Assembly (NCBI RefSeq): GCF_000012465.1
Contig: NC_007335.2
Span: forward strand, 1,500,001 to 1,532,000
Direction: 5' to 3'
Length of the DNA: 32,000 nt
Source of the DNA: Prochlorococcus marinus str. NATL2A
Lineage (GTDB): Bacteria; Cyanobacteriota; Cyanobacteriia; PCC-6307; Cyanobiaceae
Under the pieces are notes generated by a model. That model saw only the letters and a list, made by a program, of their open reading frames with translations. It was not told the DNA's origin and made no database searches. Within the stretch, counting starts at the first letter, position 1. Every line of letters starts with the position of its first letter. Below, piece by piece: positions 27,148 to 32,000 of the stretch. Both the position numbers and the translations under genes were made by a program.

Positions 27148-27591
27148 ATGACAACCAAAAATAGTACAAATCAAAAAGATATCGAAGCACCTTCGCATTG
27201 TGGAAGCAAACCAAAAAAAATTGCATTTGGCATAGCACCACTTGGATTCATTTCCATTGGAATTGTTCCCATGGGTATTGTTAGCATTGGAATTGTTCCC
27301 ATGGGTGTCGTTTCTATTGGTGCTGTAGCCATGGGAGTAATAAATGCCTCAATAGTAGGAATGGGAATATTTTCTGCCGGAATAACAACCATGGGTCTAA
27401 AGGTATGGAGTCCAGAAAACAATGCTATTCAGGAGTCAATCAATCGCTCTAATTCTTCGTCTTCAAAAAATATATATGCATATCCAACTAAAGCTCAGGC
27501 AGAGAGCGAAGCCAAAAAGATCGGATGCAATGGGGTCCATAAGATGGGTAAATTATGGATGCCTTGTGCAATCCATATCAACCCTAACTAA
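27148..27591 (+). CDS. Membrane protein: a hydrophobic (G-x4)n repeat region followed by a second CxGxHKMGxxWMPCxxH module
   Basis: 147-aa ORF starting 15 nt after the previous stop codon, so probably in the same operon. Residues 28-83 have Gly at nearly every fifth position. The C-terminus (AYPTKAQAESEAKKIGCNGVHKMGKLWMPCAIH) matches the module in the upstream gene at 17 of 33 positions by my hand alignment. That match supports the + strand as coding rather than the antisense ORF 27171..27422. Confidence 0.7.
   Translation: MTTKNSTNQKDIEAPSHCGSKPKKIAFGIAPLGFISIGIVPMGIVSIGIVPMGVVSIGAVAMGVINASIVGMGIFSAGITTMGLKVWSPENNAIQESINRSNSSSSKNIYAYPTKAQAESEAKKIGCNGVHKMGKLWMPCAIHINPN
27229..27396 (+). repeat. 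In-frame 15/30-nt periodic repeat encoding GIVPM/GIVSI-type pentapeptides
   Basis: Peptide: G IAPLG FISIG IVPMG IVSIG IVPMG VVSIG AVAMG VINAS IVGMG IFSAG ITTMG. At the DNA level the 22-mer cattggaattgttcccatgggt occurs twice, 30 nt apart (27256-27277 and 27286-27307). Confidence 0.85.
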
Positions 27592-27723
27592 TCTAGAAGT
27601 AATAAAGAATTTAAAGTTGCGGTTTAAAATCCTTGGCAATATATCTACAAACGACTCAATTCATCTCCCTGTTTTTTAACAAATTAGGATTTAATTAACT
27701 TTCGAAAAGTGATCTTAATTGGT

Positions 27724-28341
27724 CTAAGAATATATATCTTCAACTAAAATTGGCCCCTTTTCGCAAATTTGCTGCTGTGAAGGGAACTCTTTATCGGAGC
27801 AACAACATTCTCCTCTATCTGAATTGTTGATCCAATTAATAATCCCTGTTCGGATTGGTTGAGGACATACGTCTCCTTCTTTGAGGTGATTAATTTCTTC
27901 GCTTGTTAAAGGATCAGCATGTTCAATAAAAAGAGACTCTTTAAGTCTAAAAGAACATGTCTCATCCCATTGTTCAAAACAATTTATATGGTTTATAAAA
28001 TCATTCCATGCCTCTTTCATTGATCTATATCCCTTTCTTTTTAATTCTTTTTTAAAAACAGCTTTGATAAATTCATTAAAATTTTCTAATTCTTGAGATG
28101 TAAAAGGTTGAGTTCTTTGAGCTTTAAGTGCTGGCAATTGAAGATTATTTTCAATTAATTGAAGCCTTTGTTCAATTGTTTGAAATCTAGAATCTATCGA
28201 TTCAACAGGAAGGTTCTCTATTTGATTAACAAAACAATCAGAGACAAAACCAACCAATGATTTACCAGAAATCCTGGCACTCTCTTTAATCTTTTCTAAG
28301 AGTTTTGGATCAATACTTACATTAAGTTGCGTTCTCTTCAT
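27724..28341 (-). CDS. Hypothetical protein with a ribbon-helix-helix-like N-terminus, a coiled-coil segment and a Cys-rich C-terminal domain
   Basis: 205-aa ORF. The N-terminus KRTQLNVSIDPKLLEKIKESARISGKSLVGFVSDCFVNQI fits the strand-helix-helix pattern of CopG/Arc/MetJ-type RHH domains. Residues ~50-70 are heptad-like (IDSRFQTIEQRLQLIENNLQL). The C-terminal half has 7 Cys (NCF, ETCS, DVCP, GECCCS, QICE) and 3 His. Coding status is fairly secure; the function is not. Confidence 0.65.
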   Translation of the reverse strand: MKRTQLNVSIDPKLLEKIKESARISGKSLVGFVSDCFVNQIENLPVESIDSRFQTIEQRLQLIENNLQLPALKAQRTQPFTSQELENFNEFIKAVFKKELKRKGYRSMKEAWNDFINHINCFEQWDETCSFRLKESLFIEHADPLTSEEINHLKEGDVCPQPIRTGIINWINNSDRGECCCSDKEFPSQQQICEKGPILVEDIYS

Positions 28342-28499
28342 GATTCAATCAATAAAAGGACGAATTAGAGATCAACTTGTTCTATTTTATTCAAACTAAA
28401 ATCAAATCGTTGTTATTTTCAGATTTCTTGATCTAATTCTAGATTCATAGAGTCTCATCAAATATAGCCAAAAAAATTATGAAAATTTTGTATTCAATT

Positions 28500-29285
28500 C
28501 TAATTACTCCTTGGAAGCAAGATCAATGAAATTACACAAAGAACACTAATAAGTGGGCCTGGAGGCAAATTCATAAACATAGAGAACGAAAAACCAATGA
28601 TCGATAAAACTAATCCAAATATGGAAGATCTAACCATCGCAACCCATAGAGAGCTAGCTTTCTGTAAACCCAACAAAGTTGGAGTTGAGAGTAACGCAAT
28701 CACAAGGATGACCCCGACTGCTGACATTGAGCTCACAATGACAAGTGCAGTGGTAAATCCCAGAGCTAAATTTAAAAAAGACACATTAACTCCACTTGAG
28801 GCAGCTCCTTCTGGGTCTAAACCAATATGAACAAGCTTGTCGTACCCAAAAAGCATTAAGCAAATGAATGCCGAGAACGCAATCAAAGTTCTTAATAAAT
28901 CGCTCAAATTTGCAGTTAATAAATCTCCAAACAAAACAGCCTCTAAATCAATCCTGATTCCAAGTAAAGGTATAAGCAAAACTCCAAGTCCCATCGAACC
29001 AGCAAGAATTGTATTCATTACAGCTTCATAATTTTGATTTTTCTTATTTGTCAAACTCTCTGCTGCAATAGCTCCCACTAATCCGCTTAAGACACCTCCA
29101 ATAGATGGGTCAATCCCAAGCGCCATAGCCAAGGCAAGTCCTGGCAAAACACAATGTGAAATTAAATTGACTTGAAGAAGCCTTTTGTGAGTGATCAATA
29201 CAGTTCCCATAGCAGGGCAAAGTATTCCTGAAAAGGAAGTTATCAAAAGAGGAATTATCCACCAATTTGTATTGAAAAAAGACAT
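28500..29285 (-). CDS. znuB: Zinc/manganese ABC transporter permease (ABC-3 family), ZnuB-like
   Basis: 261-aa polytopic membrane ORF with ABC-3-type sequence (...EAVLFGDLL...). It sits with the ATPase, the substrate-binding protein and a Fur-family regulator. Confidence 0.9.
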   Translation of the reverse strand: MSFFNTNWWIIPLLITSFSGILCPAMGTVLITHKRLLQVNLISHCVLPGLALAMALGIDPSIGGVLSGLVGAIAAESLTNKKNQNYEAVMNTILAGSMGLGVLLIPLLGIRIDLEAVLFGDLLTANLSDLLRTLIAFSAFICLMLFGYDKLVHIGLDPEGAASSGVNVSFLNLALGFTTALVIVSSMSAVGVILVIALLSTPTLLGLQKASSLWVAMVRSSIFGLVLSIIGFSFSMFMNLPPGPLISVLCVISLILLPRSN

Positions 29286-29302
29286 TAAGCCAATGATTCA
29301 GT

Positions 29303-29743
29303 ATGGTCAGTAAGAGAGATCAAGTTAAGATCTTGCTAATGAGTACAAGCAAGCCTGAAATCACTAAACGACAACAACAACTGCTCAATGAACTCAAGAA
29401 CTGTACTGATGAATTGAGCGGGCAAGAGCTGCATAGACAACTTCATAATGGTGAAAAGGCAATGGGACTGACCACGGTCTATCGAAACCTGCAAGCACTA
29501 GTAAAGCAAGGTTTGATTCGTTCCAGACATCTTCCCAACGGTGAGGTTCTTTATGCGCCCGTTGAAAGAGATATACATCATTTAACTTGCGTAAGCTGTG
29601 GAGAAACCACACGCTTGAAGGGATGTCCGGTCAAAATGATGGATCTGTCGAAAAACACCTCTAAAAACTTTGAGCTTTTGTTTCATACTCTTGAGTACTT
29701 TGGTCTCTGCCAAACTTGTTCTCAGCAATTGAATGCTGGATAA
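29303..29743 (+). CDS. zur: Fur-family metalloregulator, probably Zur
   Basis: 146-aa ORF with a winged-helix region (LTTVYRNLQALVKQGLI), an HHLTCVSCG motif and a second CxxC (LCQTCS), which together would form a Cys4 structural site. Calling it Zur rather than Fur or PerR is inferred from its position inside the znu cluster. The start could instead be Met13 (29339). Confidence 0.8.
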   Translation: MVSKRDQVKILLMSTSKPEITKRQQQLLNELKNCTDELSGQELHRQLHNGEKAMGLTTVYRNLQALVKQGLIRSRHLPNGEVLYAPVERDIHHLTCVSCGETTRLKGCPVKMMDLSKNTSKNFELLFHTLEYFGLCQTCSQQLNAG

Positions 29744-29766
29744 GAGTATTTGAATATGAATCAAAC

Positions 29767-30462
29767 CTATAACTTCCACCTCAAATAATTAATTGAACTA
29801 AGTTTTTCTTGAACTTCCTGAGGGCTACCAGAAGCCAAAATAATTTTATCTAAAGCAACAACCTTGTCATAGGCATTTAAAGATGTTCCCCAGTCGTGAC
29901 TACTAACAAAAACCGTGAACCCCGAATCGGCTAGCTGACGAATAATTAACAGGAAATCTTCTTTAGCCGGAGGATCAAAGGCGGAGCAAGGTTCATCAAG
30001 AAGAAAAATTTTGGCTGGATTCATTAATGTTTTTGCAAGTAATGCTCTTTGTTGCTGTCCACCAGACAGAGCATCAAGTCTCCTTTTTGCTAAATGAGAT
30101 ATTCCAACACGTTGAAGAGCCGCTTCTAATTCACAACAAGTCGATTTCGAATGATTGACTCGGCCCAAAGAAACTAATCCTTCAACAGTAATTGGAAAAT
30201 TCCAATTGAGCTTCCCCCTCTGAGGCATTAAAGCCACTTGAGATCGATTATTTCGCAATGGTTTCCCATCAACAGTAATTTCCCCTTGATTCGGTTTACT
30301 ACTCCCTTGCAGCAAGCTTAATAATGTGGACTTACCAGCACCATTCGGACCAACAAGAGCAGTCAAAGTACCTTGCTCAAGCTTTAGAGAAACCTTGCTT
30401 AAAGCAGGTTTAATTTTACTTGAATAAGAATATGTCAAATTTTCAGCAATCAAGCTAGGCAT
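29767..30462 (-). CDS. znuC: Zinc/manganese ABC transporter ATP-binding protein, ZnuC-like
   Basis: 231-aa ORF with Walker A (GPNGAGKST), the ABC signature (LSGGQQQR) and Walker B (IFLLDEP). Confidence 0.9.
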   Translation of the reverse strand: MPSLIAENLTYSYSSKIKPALSKVSLKLEQGTLTALVGPNGAGKSTLLSLLQGSSKPNQGEITVDGKPLRNNRSQVALMPQRGKLNWNFPITVEGLVSLGRVNHSKSTCCELEAALQRVGISHLAKRRLDALSGGQQQRALLAKTLMNPAKIFLLDEPCSAFDPPAKEDFLLIIRQLADSGFTVFVSSHDWGTSLNAYDKVVALDKIILASGSPQEVQEKLSSINYLRWKL

Positions 30463-30512
30463 TAATTAGAGGATTTGCTGACAAGAAACATAATATACTT
30501 GCCAAGACCAAA

Positions 30513-30531
30513 TGAAAATGATTATCGTTTT
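30513..30531. promoter_or_regulatory. Fur/Zur-box-like palindrome in the divergent znuC/znuA intergenic region
   Basis: TGAAAAT-G-ATTATCG (30513-30527) matches the classical 7-1-7 box TGATAAT-N-ATTATCA at 12 of 14 positions. In a second register, AAAATGAT-T-ATCGTTTT (30515-30531) has arms that are complementary at 7 of 8 positions. It lies 12-24 nt upstream of the candidate znuA starts. Confidence 0.5.
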
Positions 30532-30542
30532 AGATACGCTTT

Positions 30543-32000
30543 GTGTTTTTAACGTTGAATTTTTCAAATCAGTCCAAAAAGGTTAAACCCATAATCAATA
30601 AAACAGTTCTCAAAAGTTCTCTTGTTGCTGGAGCATTTTTATTTTCTGGAATCAATCAGACAGCGCAAGCAAATACAAAATCAATTGTTGCTGTAGAGCC
30701 ATTGGTTTGCGATGTTGTATCTGCGATTGCACCACCCTCTACGCCCGTGACCTGCTTAATTGACAGAAAGCAAGATGTTCATGATGTCAAGATCACTCCA
30801 AGGCAAGCTCAAACACTAAAAAGTGCGAATCAAGTATTTACTCTTGGTTCAGAGATGACCCCTGCAATTAAAAAATGGTTGGATAATCCTTTAACTGTTG
30901 TCGTTGGTGTAAGTGCAATAGAAATAGACGATCATGACGACCACGATGATCATGACGATCATTCAGCTGCTAAGCATGATGATCATGACGACCACGATGA
31001 TCATGACGATCATTCAGCTGCTAAGCATGATGATCATGACGACCACGATGATCATGACGATGCCCATGGAGAGGGAGCTTTTGAATGGGCTGGTGTTTTT
31101 GATCTTTCCGCAGGAGTCTACAAATGGTCTTTCGCCAAAGTTGATGGAGACTATGCTGATCCTGCGATGAAAATGGTTATTCTTAAGTCTGGTGATATTG
31201 AAGCATCAGAAGAGCTTGCTAAAGAATTATTAGGATCCAAAAATTCAGAAGTTAAGCGCAATAATGACAAACTTATTGCGCAGGACAAAGCCTACCTTCT
31301 TACATTTAATGAAAAGAAAGACATCACAACATTTACTGTAGAAATCAAAAAATCTGGTAAATACGCTTTCTTTACTGAGCATATGCCGTTTGAGTTTGAA
31401 GCCGATGAACATTTCTTTAAAGATGTTTCAGGCGACGATGTGGAACCGATTTCCCAAGTACCAGATGAAGGAGATCATCATCACCATGACCATGGAGGCT
31501 TAGATCCTCATATTTGGCATGATCCACATAACATCATCAAGATGGGAAATGTAATTTCTAAAAATATCAACAAAAAGATTTCATTCTTTGATAGAGAAAC
31601 TAAAAAAGTTTTAAAAGAAAGAACTCAATCTGTAAATTCCATTTTGAAAGATCTAGATCAATGGACTCAAGAACAAATAGCTACTATTCCTTCTGATCAA
31701 AGGACGATGGTTTCTAAGCACAAAGCCATGGAATATTATGGAGATGCATTTGGATTGAAGACCATGAGCCTACTAGATTTTCTTGGTGATTCATCCAGCC
31801 TTAGGCCTCAAACTATTTCAACTGTATTAGCTGAGCTTAAAGAAGAAAACGTGAAAGTTTTATTCGCTGAGCAAAAGCCTCCTTCAAAGCTATTGAGAAA
31901 CCTCAGTAGACAAACTTCCACTCCTATCGCATCAAATCAAATCTATGTTGACGGTCTAATGCCAACAGGGAATACTGTTTCAGTTGCTGTACATAACACC
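30543..32000 (+). CDS. znuA: Periplasmic zinc-binding protein ZnuA (cluster A-I substrate-binding protein) with a greatly enlarged His/Asp-rich loop; 3' end runs off the window
   Basis: Absent from the ORF track because there is no stop before position 32000. Hand translation in the frame of 30543 is open to the window end: (GTG)FLTLNFSNQSKKVKPIINKTVLKSSLVAGAFLFSGINQTAQA|NTKSIVAVEPL...VHDVKITPRQAQTL...(HDD)n...GLDPHIWHDP...SKHKAMEYYGDAFGL...VLFAEQ.... It has a signal peptide and ZnuA-type ligand motifs (HD, DPHIW, and the HxAxxYxxxxFGL region). In-frame stops lie at 30513, 30519 and 30531, and no ATG is available, so the start is GTG 30543 or TTG 30555. Confidence 0.85.
   Translation, partial: MFLTLNFSNQSKKVKPIINKTVLKSSLVAGAFLFSGINQTAQANTKSIVAVEPLVCDVVSAIAPPSTPVTCLIDRKQDVHDVKITPRQAQTLKSANQVFTLGSEMTPAIKKWLDNPLTVVVGVSAIEIDDHDDHDDHDDHSAAKHDDHDDHDDHDDHSAAKHDDHDDHDDHDDAHGEGAFEWAGVFDLSAGVYKWSFAKVDGDYADPAMKMVILKSGDIEASEELAKELLGSKNSEVKRNNDKLIAQDKAYLLTFNEKKDITTFTVEIKKSGKYAFFTEHMPFEFEADEHFFKDVSGDDVEPISQVPDEGDHHHHDHGGLDPHIWHDPHNIIKMGNVISKNINKKISFFDRETKKVLKERTQSVNSILKDLDQWTQEQIATIPSDQRTMVSKHKAMEYYGDAFGLKTMSLLDFLGDSSSLRPQTISTVLAELKEENVKVLFAEQKPPSKLLRNLSRQTSTPIASNQIYVDGLMPTGNTVSVAVHNT
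30930..31061 (+). repeat. Perfect 51-bp in-frame tandem repeat (2.6 copies) inside znuA, encoding DHDDHDDHDDHSAAKHD
   Basis: The unit gatcatgacgaccacgatgatcatgacgatcattcagctgctaagcatgat occupies 30930-30980 and repeats identically at 30981-31031. Its first 30 nt repeat again at 31032-31061. Confidence 0.95.

Noticed and set aside
26941-27679. ORFs 26941..27198 (minus), 27017..27241 (minus), 27171..27422 (minus) and 27422..27679 (plus, off-frame), overlapping the two module genes.
   Set aside because: The plus-strand frames are supported by a lipoprotein signal and by the shared CxGxHKMGxxWMPCxxH module present in both genes. The 83-aa antisense ORF is just the mirror of the period-15/30 repeat (TIPMG...). 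The others have no features.
28493-28500. The 8-mer TTCAATTC, matching the T-arm of the tRNA-Thr, as a possible att-site remnant marking an island from 24322 to 28500.
   Set aside because: About one 8-mer match is expected by chance in 32 kb on two strands. The similarity does not extend further, there is no integrase, and the interval includes the core gene folE.
28597-29031. Plus-strand ORFs 28597..28830 and 28837..29031, opposite znuB.
   Set aside because: They are antisense to a confident ABC-3 permease gene and have no motifs.
29394-29779. Minus-strand ORFs 29394..29612 and 29582..29779, opposite zur.
   Set aside because: They have no recognisable features, and the plus-strand Fur-family reading is well supported. 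Antisense transcription here is plausible (see findings), but I see no evidence that it is translated.
30930-31061. Could the exact direct repeats be a CRISPR array?
   Set aside because: The units are directly adjacent with no spacers, there are only 2.6 copies, and they are in frame within a CDS. This is a coding tandem repeat.
30934-31170. Track ORF MTTTMIMTIIQLLSMMIMTTTMIMT... (78 aa, plus strand).
   Set aside because: It is an off-frame reading of the 51-bp (HDD)n tandem repeat inside znuA. The znuA frame is continuous from 30543 to the window end and carries ZnuA ligand motifs.

Overview
AT-rich segment that looks like a marine picocyanobacterial chromosome, probably Prochlorococcus. 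This assignment is an inference from three things: the split rpoC1/rpoC2 genes, a high-light-inducible (hli) gene, and the overall gene content. I cannot run a search to confirm it.

Positions 1-25,300 are conserved housekeeping genes. In window order they are: a HEAT-repeat protein (partial), a sodium:solute symporter, rlmN, a 50-aa hli gene missing from the ORF track, rpoC2-rpoC1-rpoB, tatD, rpsT, hisD, rpiA, an HtrA-family protease, the rimP-nusA-ylxR-infB operon, a small membrane protein, tRNA-Thr(CGU) and folE.

The last ~6.6 kb (25,390-32,000) is the interesting part. It holds a standard zinc-uptake set: znuB, a Fur-family regulator (probably Zur), znuC, and a znuA that is open at the window end. 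Directly beside that set sit four uncharacterised genes, each with its own His/Cys/Met-rich signature:
- a porin-like protein with a His/Met-rich N-terminus;
- two adjacent proteins sharing a CxGxHKMGxxWMPCxxH module, one a lipoprotein with a natural HHHHH tail, the other membrane-embedded through a glycine repeat of period 5;
- a protein with a ribbon-helix-helix (RHH) N-terminus and a Cys-rich C-terminus.

znuA itself is unusual. It has a perfect 51-bp in-frame tandem repeat encoding (HDD)n, and a ~130-aa insert inside its metal-binding loop. A Fur/Zur-box-like palindrome lies between znuC and znuA. The zur gene is nested antisense between znuC and znuB.

I saw no transposase, integrase, CRISPR array or rRNA. 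Several genes appear to use non-ATG starts (rlmN, rimP, ylxR, znuA and the small membrane protein).
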